A model generated the notes under the pieces. That model ran no database searches. It had not been told where the DNA came from and worked only from the letters and a program-made list of their open reading frames with translations. Shown in pieces: positions 26,601 through 36,661 of a stretch of DNA of 64,000 nucleotides. A program made the position numbers and the translations under genes. The DNA is from a virus, in IMG/VR virus record IMGVR_UViG_3300013093_003863, positions 1-64,000 of that record; one strand, written 5' to 3'. Position 1 is the stretch's first letter. Each line of letters starts with the position of its first letter.

Positions 26601-29600
26601 TTATGCACCACGCCACTGTGCATACAATCCAGTTACGTACATCATATCGTATTCACCATAATAGAGTTTGTTTAATTCGGTTTTTACTGCTGGAGTCAAT
26701 GATCCGGTACCGGGCACCACGTCAAAAGCAAAAATCATATTGCCATCTTCGTCGTCTCCAAGATAGTCACCGCCCAATCGTCCCATTACAATATCAATAT
26801 TTTTATCAACTATCGCGTTTCTTCTTTTTGCCCTTGCAAGATCATCGGCATTTTTTTGTTTGTGTAACTTTTTATATTTAAGATCACTATTTTCCAATTC
26901 TACGTAGCCGCGAACTTCAACCCCGGGAATTTGTGCTAGACTCATCCAATTACGTTTACCGCCGGGTGTTTGTTGTGATCCAGCAAGCAAGGTTATTTTT
27001 AATATGCTTAGTGCAACACCATACAGGGCTTTGGCAATGCCCTGTCCTCGATAATCTTCATCCACTGTGACGGTACTCACTTGGTATGCATTATTGATAG
27101 GAAAACCTACCCGCATCAATTTCAATTGTCCGACGGCTTCTTGCCCTGATTGATCTAATATTCTTATTTCTAAAAAACGCCCAGTGTCAATGGTGGCATA
27201 ATTTAATCCACTGCCACCCGGTAACGGTTTTATATTCTTTTGGCTTACTGCCCTGGGATCGGTATACCTAGGATGTTTTAACACATCTTTACCACCTGTA
27301 TATTGATATGATTGTAAATTTTCAATTTCGGTTATCTCGTCTTCGCTTATGGCACCGATACCTATACCAATACCGGCACTAGCCAATGTATATTTTACAG
27401 TGTCGATCCAGTTTTTGCCGTTGACTCGACTCACCACAGTAGGTATAACAGTATTCAATACTGCCTGTAACAACATGTTGGTCTGTGCTGGAGAAAGTTG
27501 TACATTTTGCGCTATATGCAACAAGCCACCAGTTAATAGTGTACCAATGGTTGTTATTACACCACCTTGTATATAAGGATTTGTTTTGGCTTTGACTAGA
27601 ATTTCTTTAACTTGTCCACGAACTGAAGGATCGGCTTTGGCTAATAATGCTTGTGCTTGTTCAACGTAATTGTCAACAGGTTGTCGAGCGACTTCGCCAA
27701 CCTCATCTTGGTAAAAATCTATTACAGCATCAGTAACTTGATTAGCAACTTCGGATTCAAATAAACTTTCATCTACGGCACGTGCATACTCTGTAGCATG
27801 TCCACTGCGGTCTACATGCCAAGCATAAAATCTAATATCAGGATATTCTTGGTGTAACTTTAAAAATGATTCCAAATTGGGCTTTGAATCATCGTACATA
27901 ATTGCTTTGTTATAAGGATATCCTGTTAACAATCTACGTATAATACGTGCTTTCTTTTCATCAATTGGCACAGGATCTTGATCATTTCCTGCACGGTACA
28001 CATGTACCTTGTTCATATCTATGTGCCATTGTTCAAATGTTTTTAAGAATATTTCTTTATTGTTAAAGTCACTTCTAGCAGTAACCATTACAACTTTATT
28101 ACCGGTTGCAATATCATTTTTCAATTGCTCAATCATGGGTGCAATTGGTTGTGCATGTTTGAAAAAGTCTTCGGCATCTCTAAATGCACCAAAGTCAAAT
28201 TCTTCGCCGGGTTGCTTTTTGTACAATGTAAACTCGTGACTGTCTAGGGTCTTGACAGTTTTACCATTGCGAACTACACCAACTCGAGTATTAGTAGTTA
28301 CTAGCGTATCGTCAATGTCAAATATAACTAATTTCTTTTCGCCAACAGCTTCGTCAACGCCTTCTTTGGCATGTTTCTTTTTGCCAGCTTTCATATTAGC
28401 CAACCAGTGTGCCATACGAGCTTTCTCTCCCGTACTATGTTTGGCCGTTTTACGTAGGCTACTTACACTTGCTTTAGTATTAACACCACTGCGTTTAGCC
28501 AATCCTTTGCGTCCAGGATGCTTACCATCGGCAAAGTTTTCGCTCATGATCCAAGTGTCGGGAATTTGTTTATACTTTTCTACCCAGAGATCATGCATTT
28601 TTTGTCCGCTTATACCATGACTCTTGGCTACACGTGTCATGATCTTGTCTATGATATCGTATACTTTGTCGTCATTGTCGTCGACTGCTTGTATCTGTTT
28701 TTTATGTGCTTCCAATGCGGCACGTAATTCTTCTACGGCATCTTTATCTTTGTCATGATCCATGTTTTCGTCTACTTTGTTTTGACTTTGAACATAGTCA
28801 ATAGCGGATTGTACTATGACTTGATCTATCCCGAGACAGTTTTTGCGATCGCTATAGCCCTGTTTATCCATTGCGTGGAGATAGGGATATATTCCTTGGA
28901 TTTTTGGGAATAGTCCCATTTGCCAGGCCAGCTCAAAACTTATTTCTCCCCTTGGACTATACCATTCGGGATCATGACGCCATTTAATTCCAAAATTGGG
29001 TTTGACACCGTTGGGCCCTTTCACTGGTGGACCGTTATAAAATACTCCGGCACTGTTAAATTCAAGACGTGTATTATTGAAGGTCATCATGTATTCGCCA
29101 TCACCTTTAGACCACATGCGATAATTCATTTTATTTAACAGTGCCACAACTGCGGGATCTTGTGAGGGATCTTGTGCGGGTGCTTCTTTAAGAGGTGGAG
29201 CCGGTCTAAATTCAAACATGTCGGCTTCAACGTCCGAATACTTGCTGACAAGTTTTGCTATAACAGGATCCATTGCCTTGTAGGGAATGTTGTGTGCTAT
29301 TTGAATTGGTTTAGCGTTGGGTCGGCGTAGATTTAGATAAAGATTGATTCTGTCAGGATGTATGATTTTACCTTCGTCGACATCATTTTCCCAGACATTT
29401 TGTTCGGGACGATGTTTAGCCCAAAAGCCGGCGCCAGCATCAGTTTGTTGCCCACTGCGGCGGATTTTATAGCCTTTGCTTTTCACATAGTCATACATGG
29501 TTTGAGCAATGCCTTGCCCACGATAGCGTTCTTCAACTTCTAGGTCTTGTGGTAGTAATTCGTCACCATCAAAAGCAAATAACACATGACCCAACTCACG

Positions 29601-30101
29601 ACCGTTGCTTGTAGCCGTAACATACATTACTTGATTATCGTAATCGTCATCATCAACGTATTCATCGTCTTTTTGTATTTCAATAGAAATATCTATACCG
29701 TTAAATGCTTCTTCAGTTATGCCACTTTTTTTTAAACCAAAGTATTCGGGATTGGCCTCGGCAAAGTCACGCATGACAACACCGGCATTGGCATTGGCTT
29801 CGTTTTCTTGTGGAGTACCAGTTTCGCCTGCAGCTGCAGTCAACTCTCCGGCTAAGTTTTGTTTATGATGTGTTAGTTCGTGTGCAAGAGTGCGTAGCAC
29901 ATCTATGGGATTGCGATTGGCAATGACAACATTTAGTGTTTTTGTTTCTGGGTTATACTGCCCAAAAGTTGTATCAACAGGAGCATCTAGCAATGTGATT
30001 TCAGGAAGTTCTTTAATTCCCAATTGCTCAGCGATCCAAGGAATGTACTTTTGTACAAATGCCCGGTTGTCGCTTTCTTTAGAATACTCTTTTGCTCGCA
30101 T
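26601..30101 (-). CDS. 1166-aa multidomain polyprotein (HExxH peptidase-like, GNAT, HAD phosphatase, second GNAT), probable internal head protein
   Basis: LAHELTHH; VEERYRGQGIA; FDIDDTL..VTAR..YDDS; VDEDYRGQGIA; modules separated by [LIVM]xE sites; late promoter. Confidence 0.75.
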   Translation of the reverse strand: MRAKEYSKESDNRAFVQKYIPWIAEQLGIKELPEITLLDAPVDTTFGQYNPETKTLNVVIANRNPIDVLRTLAHELTHHKQNLAGELTAAAGETGTPQENEANANAGVVMRDFAEANPEYFGLKKSGITEEAFNGIDISIEIQKDDEYVDDDDYDNQVMYVTATSNGRELGHVLFAFDGDELLPQDLEVEERYRGQGIAQTMYDYVKSKGYKIRRSGQQTDAGAGFWAKHRPEQNVWENDVDEGKIIHPDRINLYLNLRRPNAKPIQIAHNIPYKAMDPVIAKLVSKYSDVEADMFEFRPAPPLKEAPAQDPSQDPAVVALLNKMNYRMWSKGDGEYMMTFNNTRLEFNSAGVFYNGPPVKGPNGVKPNFGIKWRHDPEWYSPRGEISFELAWQMGLFPKIQGIYPYLHAMDKQGYSDRKNCLGIDQVIVQSAIDYVQSQNKVDENMDHDKDKDAVEELRAALEAHKKQIQAVDDNDDKVYDIIDKIMTRVAKSHGISGQKMHDLWVEKYKQIPDTWIMSENFADGKHPGRKGLAKRSGVNTKASVSSLRKTAKHSTGEKARMAHWLANMKAGKKKHAKEGVDEAVGEKKLVIFDIDDTLVTTNTRVGVVRNGKTVKTLDSHEFTLYKKQPGEEFDFGAFRDAEDFFKHAQPIAPMIEQLKNDIATGNKVVMVTARSDFNNKEIFLKTFEQWHIDMNKVHVYRAGNDQDPVPIDEKKARIIRRLLTGYPYNKAIMYDDSKPNLESFLKLHQEYPDIRFYAWHVDRSGHATEYARAVDESLFESEVANQVTDAVIDFYQDEVGEVARQPVDNYVEQAQALLAKADPSVRGQVKEILVKAKTNPYIQGGVITTIGTLLTGGLLHIAQNVQLSPAQTNMLLQAVLNTVIPTVVSRVNGKNWIDTVKYTLASAGIGIGIGAISEDEITEIENLQSYQYTGGKDVLKHPRYTDPRAVSQKNIKPLPGGSGLNYATIDTGRFLEIRILDQSGQEAVGQLKLMRVGFPINNAYQVSTVTVDEDYRGQGIAKALYGVALSILKITLLAGSQQTPGGKRNWMSLAQIPGVEVRGYVELENSDLKYKKLHKQKNADDLARAKRRNAIVDKNIDIVMGRLGGDYLGDDEDGNMIFAFDVVPGTGSLTPAVKTELNKLYYGEYDMMYVTGLYAQWRGA

Positions 30102-30107
30102 AATGAG

Positions 30108-30113
30108 TATTTA
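30108..30113 (-). promoter_or_regulatory. late promoter TAAATA
   Basis: CTAAATA 6 nt upstream of ATG 30101; same motif precedes many genes in the window. Confidence 0.65.
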
Positions 30114-31307
30114 GTGGAACATCAAGAAGCTATTCATAACATCACGTCGATTAGCTGCTCTGTCGCCGTGTCCGCTGGCAAATACTACCACATTCCATTT
30201 ACGTACTGGTCCTACTGGAATTTTCAACATTTCATCGTAGCTGATAATAGTATTGGGACGTATAGGTTGACTACTTTCCGCACCAAACGTTTTAATTAAA
30301 CGTTGTTTAAATTCTTCCCAAGCTTCGGGTGATTTAAATTGTGTACGCCCTTCGGCATCCTTGATGGCCTTGCCTTTGGGATTGGTTACAATCAAGTCTC
30401 TAAACATATCTTTAGGCACTTCAAATGCTTGTTTAACTGTACCGCCACCGGCAATGTGTTGCTTGATTGGTTTGACTTCGCGACTTTTAGCTCCGCCACT
30501 GTGCTGAATTTCAAAGTTGTCGGGCAAGTTGGCCAATGCTGCCATGGCCATCTTGGTATAAGCATAAAAATCCACATCCGGATAGTCACGTGCTACTTGT
30601 AATGCCATGTCTAAATATTCTTTACTGAAGAAGTCACCAGCATCATGCCAACGTACTACAAGTTTCATTCCTTTAGCAGCAAGTCCGCTTTTGATTTTAT
30701 CAATGTTGGCTCGTAACATAGCAAACCACTCTTCGGGATGATTAATCAAAAAGTTAAGACTACGAGCAGCACTCATGCTACTGGCCGGGAACATTACATA
30801 GCCGCCTTTTCGTGCATAACAAAACAGTTGACAAGCACCGGCTCCGGGACAGGTTACAATTTCCACAAAGTCACCGGTCGCTTCGTCCATGATAATTCCG
30901 GCCAGCGCAGGTAGTGTTAGGTCCAATACTACCTCGCCCTCAGTGGCACTTTTTAACATTTTGGCGTTGGGACTGTCCAGTATGCTTTTGGGTCTAGCCA
31001 TTATTTGTCTAGCCAAGTCATCTAAATCCCATTCATTGACCGGATTGCCTTCATCATCCACTTGATCATCTTTGGTAATGGCCTTGATATTACTGCCATG
31101 TATTATACCAGCAAAACGATCTTGTTTGGTTTGAGTGTCGGTCTTGATTCGTTCAGCGCGACTTTGCATTGTGCCACGATCAAGTCTACGATGCGGAGCA
31201 TTTAGTCCAATGGCTTCATCAACTTCGCCGCCGATGTGTAGGGGCTTGACTGTGAATCCACCTAGTTTGGTGCCCTTGGATTCGATTAAAAATTCACTTG
31301 CTCTCAT
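30111..31307 (-). CDS. GP88-family (radical-SAM-like) protein with capsid-targeting-like N-terminus
   Basis: TCPGAGACQLFCYARKG, VRWHDAGDFFS, FYAYTK; starts MRASEFLIE. Confidence 0.7.
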   Translation of the reverse strand: MRASEFLIESKGTKLGGFTVKPLHIGGEVDEAIGLNAPHRRLDRGTMQSRAERIKTDTQTKQDRFAGIIHGSNIKAITKDDQVDDEGNPVNEWDLDDLARQIMARPKSILDSPNAKMLKSATEGEVVLDLTLPALAGIIMDEATGDFVEIVTCPGAGACQLFCYARKGGYVMFPASSMSAARSLNFLINHPEEWFAMLRANIDKIKSGLAAKGMKLVVRWHDAGDFFSKEYLDMALQVARDYPDVDFYAYTKMAMAALANLPDNFEIQHSGGAKSREVKPIKQHIAGGGTVKQAFEVPKDMFRDLIVTNPKGKAIKDAEGRTQFKSPEAWEEFKQRLIKTFGAESSQPIRPNTIISYDEMLKIPVGPVRKWNVVVFASGHGDRAANRRDVMNSFLMFH

Positions 31308-31741
31308 TTTGCTGTTGCTCGTAGCATCCATGCATGTTTACGGAACGCATCAATACGTTCGGCCAAAAAGTTACTGAATCCATGTTCGCCAGCCGATTCG
31401 GCCAAGTCATAGACAACTTTGATTATGCCTATCATGTGTTCGGCATCTTCTAGTAATACGAGCACCATTTCTTCTGGTGGAAGAATTTGTGTTTCGTCTG
31501 CAATTTCGGTTAATGCACTGAAGCGTGTGTAACTGGCTGGAACATATCCACCACTTTTGCGAATGTTTTCGGCAAAATCGTCAATGCTACCGTAAACTTC
31601 CTCGTATATTTTTTGAAATAGTTTGTGGTATTGATAAAATGCAGCACCTTCTACGTTCCAGTGAAAGTTGTGACTTTTTAAATAAAAACTAAAACTGCTG
31701 GCAAAAGCAATTTTAGAGGAGTTAATTAATTCTTCGTTCAT
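31304..31741 (-). CDS. dps: Dps / mini-ferritin
   Basis: HNFHWNVEG..YHKLFQKIYEE..DDFAENIR..G; HAWML. Confidence 0.9.
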   Translation of the reverse strand: MNEELINSSKIAFASSFSFYLKSHNFHWNVEGAAFYQYHKLFQKIYEEVYGSIDDFAENIRKSGGYVPASYTRFSALTEIADETQILPPEEMVLVLLEDAEHMIGIIKVVYDLAESAGEHGFSNFLAERIDAFRKHAWMLRATAK

Positions 31742-31747
31742 AATGTA

Positions 31748-31753
31748 TATTTA
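31748..31753 (-). promoter_or_regulatory. late promoter TAAATA
   Basis: CTAAATA 6 nt upstream of dps ATG. Confidence 0.65.
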
Positions 31754-34195
31754 GTCAAAGTATCCGGCACGTCGCATTTCGGCCAAACGCACTGCCATTA
31801 AACGTTGTTGGCGACGTTCAGCAATGCCCATGGGCTTTTGATATTGGCTGGTCATTGGAGTAGGCCCGGACAATTTAGAAACATTTACACGTTGATTGCC
31901 GGGCGGAACTGGACTTGATGAATCATCGGGACCGGCTCCCACTGCAGGATCTGCAGCATTGTACTCGTTCAATTCAATTCCGTAGTGTTTGCATACTTTT
32001 AACAATTCGTCGTATGTGAGTAATTCTAAATGACTTACATCCACTTTGTGCTTTAACTGGTCAATCAAGGACTGTCTACTGGGACCATCTTCGTCAAGAC
32101 CGGGTGTTCCGGGAATAGCACTTGTACTATCGTTTGGAACCATATGGCCATCCGCATATTCCATTACTTGCCCTTGGCCATGCCAAGCATCACCTTCACC
32201 GTGCCATGAATCTTCGTCGACGTCGTTTTCGTTCATGCCCATGGCATTGTCGATTCTGGTTTCGGCTTTGGTTTTATAGTAGTATTTGGGTCCGCCTTCT
32301 TTGGGATCAACAGCTCGCCACATGAACAATTCTTTGCCGTCTACGTTCATCAACTTGGCAGCACCCGGCACTGACATTTCTCTTGGGGCATGATGAAACG
32401 AATAGCCTTTATAGTCAATGTCTTGGTTGCCCATCATGCCAGCAACACCGGCTGCACCCAATGTAAATGCACCCAGTGCGTTTGCAAATTTGCCTTCTTC
32501 TACACCTTCAACTGTTGGTGGTTTGCCAGTAATGTACATTTTCCACTCTTTTCCAGTTTGTGCAGTTTTACGAGCACACATCTCTCGCATCTTTTGTTTT
32601 TGTTCAAACCATGCTTTACTGTTTTCGGGACCGGCACCGGGAAAAATCTTCCAAGTACGCCCATTGATCTGTATTTCAATGTTGGCAGTGCCCATTGGCT
32701 CGTCCTGACCTTTTTTGTGGCCTAATACTTGTTTACCAAATTTGGCAGTGTGTGGTTCAAATTCTGCTTCAGCTACACCTTGCTCTTTAATTTTTAAATT
32801 TTTAAATTGATTCATGCTACTGCCAAACATATTGTCAATTGCAGCTCTTGTTCTTTCTTGGTCTTGCCGTTTTTGCTCGCGTCTATCTGCGGTGGCTTGT
32901 TTTTTGGTGCCCGTTTTAATAGTCGTCATCATGTGGTCAAAAGGCTTATCGCCTGTGGTCTCAGCCACATCTCGCTCGTATCCGGTTTCTTCAGCTGCAC
33001 CGCCAGCGTCGTGTGCCAATTGTTGTATAGCCGCCCAATACTTACGTGGAGCCGTCATGTCATCGCCATGCCAGCTGATCGCTTTGCCGAATTTGGCCAT
33101 TACTTGATTGTAGGCCTTTTCACTGTCAACGCCAAATGTTACGGTATCATATGATCCTTCCGCCACATCCTGTTGTTTAAGAACAAACACACGTGCAGGA
33201 CTAATAGGTGATTGACCTGCTCGTTGTGATTTTACTAAGACTTGCCAACTTCCAGTCATCATTTCTGGTTCACTAACTACTACACCTCGGTCCCAATACT
33301 GTTTATCATCTCTTGGAGGATTTGGTAGCATGTCTTTTGGGCCTAACCATAACATTACATGAGTTCCTGGTTGTAGTCTTGATTGTGACCCTTCCGCTAC
33401 GCCCTGTTGTTCTCTAACTGCAGGATTGTCAATCTGTTGTGCCACTGCAGTCAAGCCTTCGTTGCCGTTGGTGATCTTTTTGTACATCCATGCTTCTAGT
33501 GGTACGCCCTGTTTAACAGATCGGTAAATCTTTTTTGCAGCCTCGGCTATGGCCCGTAGTTCGCCCAGTGCCATACCGTCCAGTTGTTCATCTTCCATGG
33601 CATAGGCTTCTGTGCCTCCGGTCATCATGGCTTCTTCTACACTCTCACCTAAATCACTGCCTTGAAATTCTATGTGGTCATATGGACTCCAGGGTTGGCC
33701 TGTACGACTGTCTACCTCTTCACCGTTCTCGCCATCATCAGCATATTCATAGTAATCATGACTGGCCATGTCTACACCATCAAAATCTGCGTTGTAGTCA
33801 ATGTAGTATTTTCTTACCTTGCCATCAGGACAATGTACGCCACGACTCAATATTTTTTCCACTGCCACTTGTGCATCAATAACCTTCTTCATTGGGCTAC
33901 CACCTTTTCGGGCTATGTCTGCCAATAGGCTCAGATCCTGTGTGTACCAAGCCTGTGCCAAAGCATGTAGATAACCCATACCATTGTCACCACCGCCGTA
34001 TTCGGGACTGGGTGCAAATTCTTTTAAAGGTTTATTTTTAACACAGTTATTGACCTTGACCTCTTTGCCATAAGTGGGACTGGCCTTTGATCCTTCTTTG
34101 TGCCAACCGGTGCGGCAGTGTTCACGATTGCGTTGTGCTTGAGTGCGTTTGGCTTCTGCAATGCTCATGGCATCTACAATATCATTTAAAAACAT
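31751..34195 (-). CDS. 814-aa modular polyprotein with repeated (Q/E)GVAE linkers
   Basis: QQGVAEG, QQDVAEG, RDVAET, EQGVAEA and EGVEEG separate short domains. Confidence 0.75.
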   Translation of the reverse strand: MFLNDIVDAMSIAEAKRTQAQRNREHCRTGWHKEGSKASPTYGKEVKVNNCVKNKPLKEFAPSPEYGGGDNGMGYLHALAQAWYTQDLSLLADIARKGGSPMKKVIDAQVAVEKILSRGVHCPDGKVRKYYIDYNADFDGVDMASHDYYEYADDGENGEEVDSRTGQPWSPYDHIEFQGSDLGESVEEAMMTGGTEAYAMEDEQLDGMALGELRAIAEAAKKIYRSVKQGVPLEAWMYKKITNGNEGLTAVAQQIDNPAVREQQGVAEGSQSRLQPGTHVMLWLGPKDMLPNPPRDDKQYWDRGVVVSEPEMMTGSWQVLVKSQRAGQSPISPARVFVLKQQDVAEGSYDTVTFGVDSEKAYNQVMAKFGKAISWHGDDMTAPRKYWAAIQQLAHDAGGAAEETGYERDVAETTGDKPFDHMMTTIKTGTKKQATADRREQKRQDQERTRAAIDNMFGSSMNQFKNLKIKEQGVAEAEFEPHTAKFGKQVLGHKKGQDEPMGTANIEIQINGRTWKIFPGAGPENSKAWFEQKQKMREMCARKTAQTGKEWKMYITGKPPTVEGVEEGKFANALGAFTLGAAGVAGMMGNQDIDYKGYSFHHAPREMSVPGAAKLMNVDGKELFMWRAVDPKEGGPKYYYKTKAETRIDNAMGMNENDVDEDSWHGEGDAWHGQGQVMEYADGHMVPNDSTSAIPGTPGLDEDGPSRQSLIDQLKHKVDVSHLELLTYDELLKVCKHYGIELNEYNAADPAVGAGPDDSSSPVPPGNQRVNVSKLSGPTPMTSQYQKPMGIAERRQQRLMAVRLAEMRRAGYFD
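33156..33409 (-). repeat. imperfect 20-bp direct repeats flanking a 234-bp in-frame cassette
   Basis: CAACAGGGCGTAGCGGAAGG (33390-33409) and CAACAGGATGTGGCGGAAGG (33156-33175); related copies at 35659-35678 and 32766-32784. Confidence 0.6.
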
Positions 34196-35106
34196 TATTT
34201 GACTCCTGCGGCAGCATTTTGTTTTTGTGTTGCCTGTTTAACTGCTGTAGCAATTTGTTGTGATGCTTGTGGATCTAGTAGTGCCGGCCCAAGTTCATCA
34301 GTTACAGTGGCAGCAAACTTTTTAGCTTGTGGGCTCATGCCTTTTCCTGTTGCAGGATCAGCATTGGGAGTGTTTAAAAATTCAGCTCCACCGTTTGCCG
34401 CAGTAGGAACACCACCTACGGGCTTTTTACCAGTGGCTTGAGAAATTTTTTGTAAACCGGTTGTTATTGTTTGTTTTTGCTTTGCTGCCACCTGTGGATT
34501 TTGTTGTTGTCCACCTTGGGCTGGATTACTGGCTCCTGCTTCTTGAACGTAGGCCTTCCACTCGCGTGCAATAGCCTCTTCTATGCTTTCTTCGCAACCA
34601 CCAACACCTTGTCCGGGACGAGGTGGGTTCTTGTCGGTGCCCTTCCAGTAACCACCAAATTTGGCACCACGTGGATTATGTTCAGCCGCCGCCATACTGT
34701 CTTCGTTCTTGGGACGGATGTGATGTTTTTTCATGTTGATGGCCTTGGCAGCCTGTATCTGTGCCGGACTAGCAGCTTCTGCTTGTGTCTGGGCCTGTTG
34801 ATTTTGTGCAACTTGTTGGCTGGGTGGAGTTGTTGCCGGTGGTTTGAATGCAGTTGAGCCTATTTCTTTTTGCACTGTGTATGTTTTACCATCACTAGCC
34901 TTCATTTGCGTAAATGGTTGCAGAGCAAGTTGTTTGGCTACGTCTTGAGGATTGAACCCGTATTTTTTTGCAGCCGTATCCACATCCAAGTAATCCAACT
35001 GCTTGCCAGTTTGTGGATCGGATATGGCCACTGCCTTCATGCCCTGCGGAGCCATTTCATCTAACCGTTTGAATGTGTTTATGATATTGCTAAAATGCTG
35101 ATCCAT
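34195..35106 (-). CDS. Q/A-rich hypothetical protein, probable internal head protein
   Basis: RLDE, SIEE and VQE sites; GGYWKGTD module; in late block. Confidence 0.7.
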   Translation of the reverse strand: MDQHFSNIINTFKRLDEMAPQGMKAVAISDPQTGKQLDYLDVDTAAKKYGFNPQDVAKQLALQPFTQMKASDGKTYTVQKEIGSTAFKPPATTPPSQQVAQNQQAQTQAEAASPAQIQAAKAINMKKHHIRPKNEDSMAAAEHNPRGAKFGGYWKGTDKNPPRPGQGVGGCEESIEEAIAREWKAYVQEAGASNPAQGGQQQNPQVAAKQKQTITTGLQKISQATGKKPVGGVPTAANGGAEFLNTPNADPATGKGMSPQAKKFAATVTDELGPALLDPQASQQIATAVKQATQKQNAAAGVK

Positions 35107-36350
35107 TATTTTTTGGCCTTTGGTGGTTTGATATCGTGCTTGACGTTGCTTTGTCTATTGGAATAGCCTTGCAATCGTTTTTGCACTTGTGCCTTGGTCA
35201 TGCCACCAGCACCCAATTCAGTAACAACGGTAGCAACTGAACTGCTTACAGTGGCACCAGAATCTTCACTTAGTCGATTTAATTCTTGTTTGAGTTGTTG
35301 TCTTAACGACTTTGTTTCGTTAACACTCTCGCCTGCATGTTTAAAATATTGTACTTGACGTTCACGTTTTTCTGCACCGGCTCTAGTGGGATACTTGCCC
35401 AAATTCTTGTCGCCATGTTTGCTCTTTAACTCGTAACCGCCTTTGACTTTAACAATGTGCTCCTCCACACCTTTCTTTAAAAAGTTAGGTATCTCTCCTG
35501 GTGCTTTACTTTTGTTCACGGGCTTTTGTGGTATATTATATTTAGGACCATCAAGTCGAGTGGCAAGTGGACCAAAGTGTTTACTGGCTTTGGGATCGAC
35601 TTCTATACGTTTGCGATTGGGATAACTCAGTGATGTCTTTTCGTCGGCCCAACGTTGGCCTTCCGCCATACCTTGTGGTTGTTGTGCTGACTGATATAAT
35701 TCGGGGTACGCTTTTCTAATATCAATAATAGCATCTTTTACAGTTTTGTTAGTTCTGTCGCCAACTTCTTGGCCTAGTACCTGTCTATTTTGTTTTACAT
35801 ACGTTAAAATATTTCTAACAGTATCAGCATCACGGCCCACTAACTCAAGTGCGTGTGCTCCGTCTCCGTGTGGATATAGTGCTTTTGACCAATTATGCCA
35901 GTCTGATTCTACAGGATTGTAGCCCTCTTCTATGCCTTCCCAATCACTTGGATCGTGTTCGCCATAATAGTAGTGCTCCATGGCCTCTTGACGGCTCCAG
36001 TGATATTTTTGCATTAGATGTTGTATTTTTCTTTCTGCTTCGTCTTCGTCATCAAGCATTTCATTAACAGTTTGTTCAGCATTGCCAATATTGAACGCAG
36101 GCAATCCGTCTTCGTGTTCTTTGTCCATTTCGTGTTGGCTCAATGCATAGTCCATGACAGTGACCATCATTTCTTTAATAGCTCCGAGTTTTTCCTCGAC
36201 CCATTCAGGTAAATGTTCGTTGTCGCTTAACGCACCTTCTAAGTGACTGGCTACACGTACAATGGTGTGCAAGGTGTTTTTGGCCATAGTTGCATCAGTG
36301 CCATCACTGGGTGCATCGGTAAATTCTTGTAAAAATTCTGTGGGTTTCAT
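35106..36350 (-). CDS. 414-aa modular protein with capsid-targeting-like N-terminus
   Basis: MKPTEFLQE; VNE, GIEEG, QGMAEG, GVEE and LSE boundaries. Confidence 0.75.
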   Translation of the reverse strand: MKPTEFLQEFTDAPSDGTDATMAKNTLHTIVRVASHLEGALSDNEHLPEWVEEKLGAIKEMMVTVMDYALSQHEMDKEHEDGLPAFNIGNAEQTVNEMLDDEDEAERKIQHLMQKYHWSRQEAMEHYYYGEHDPSDWEGIEEGYNPVESDWHNWSKALYPHGDGAHALELVGRDADTVRNILTYVKQNRQVLGQEVGDRTNKTVKDAIIDIRKAYPELYQSAQQPQGMAEGQRWADEKTSLSYPNRKRIEVDPKASKHFGPLATRLDGPKYNIPQKPVNKSKAPGEIPNFLKKGVEEHIVKVKGGYELKSKHGDKNLGKYPTRAGAEKRERQVQYFKHAGESVNETKSLRQQLKQELNRLSEDSGATVSSSVATVVTELGAGGMTKAQVQKRLQGYSNRQSNVKHDIKPPKAKK

Positions 36351-36372
36351 CGTGATTCCTGAATATATTGTA

Positions 36373-36378
36373 TATTTA
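36373..36378 (-). promoter_or_regulatory. late promoter TAAATA
   Basis: CTAAATA upstream of AGGA SD and ATG 36350. Confidence 0.6.
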
Positions 36379-36381
36379 GCG

Positions 36382-36660
36382 TTAAGTAGAAAACGTTAAA
36401 TCTTGTGAATCTACAGTTTTGCTATCAACAGTTAAATTGCGAGGTCTAAATACAGTTTCAGCTCCGCAACTTTCTATACGAACTTGGTGTGTGCCGGATT
36501 CGATATCGACTTCTAAGTTTTCTTGTATGAATATTTCGTATGCGGGCCAGATCCAACTGCGTTCGGTCAATAAGTCATTGTCCACATACACACGATATGC
36601 CGGAGTACCGTGTTGTGTTGTATCACAGTAAACATCGAGCGTGATCACTGTGCGGGCCAT
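36382..36660 (-). CDS. hypothetical all-beta protein
   Basis: PAYRVYVDNDLL..GTHQVRIE, loosely like 37932-38378. Confidence 0.7.
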   Translation of the reverse strand: MARTVITLDVYCDTTQHGTPAYRVYVDNDLLTERSWIWPAYEIFIQENLEVDIESGTHQVRIESCGAETVFRPRNLTVDSKTVDSQDLTFST

Positions 36661-36661
36661 G

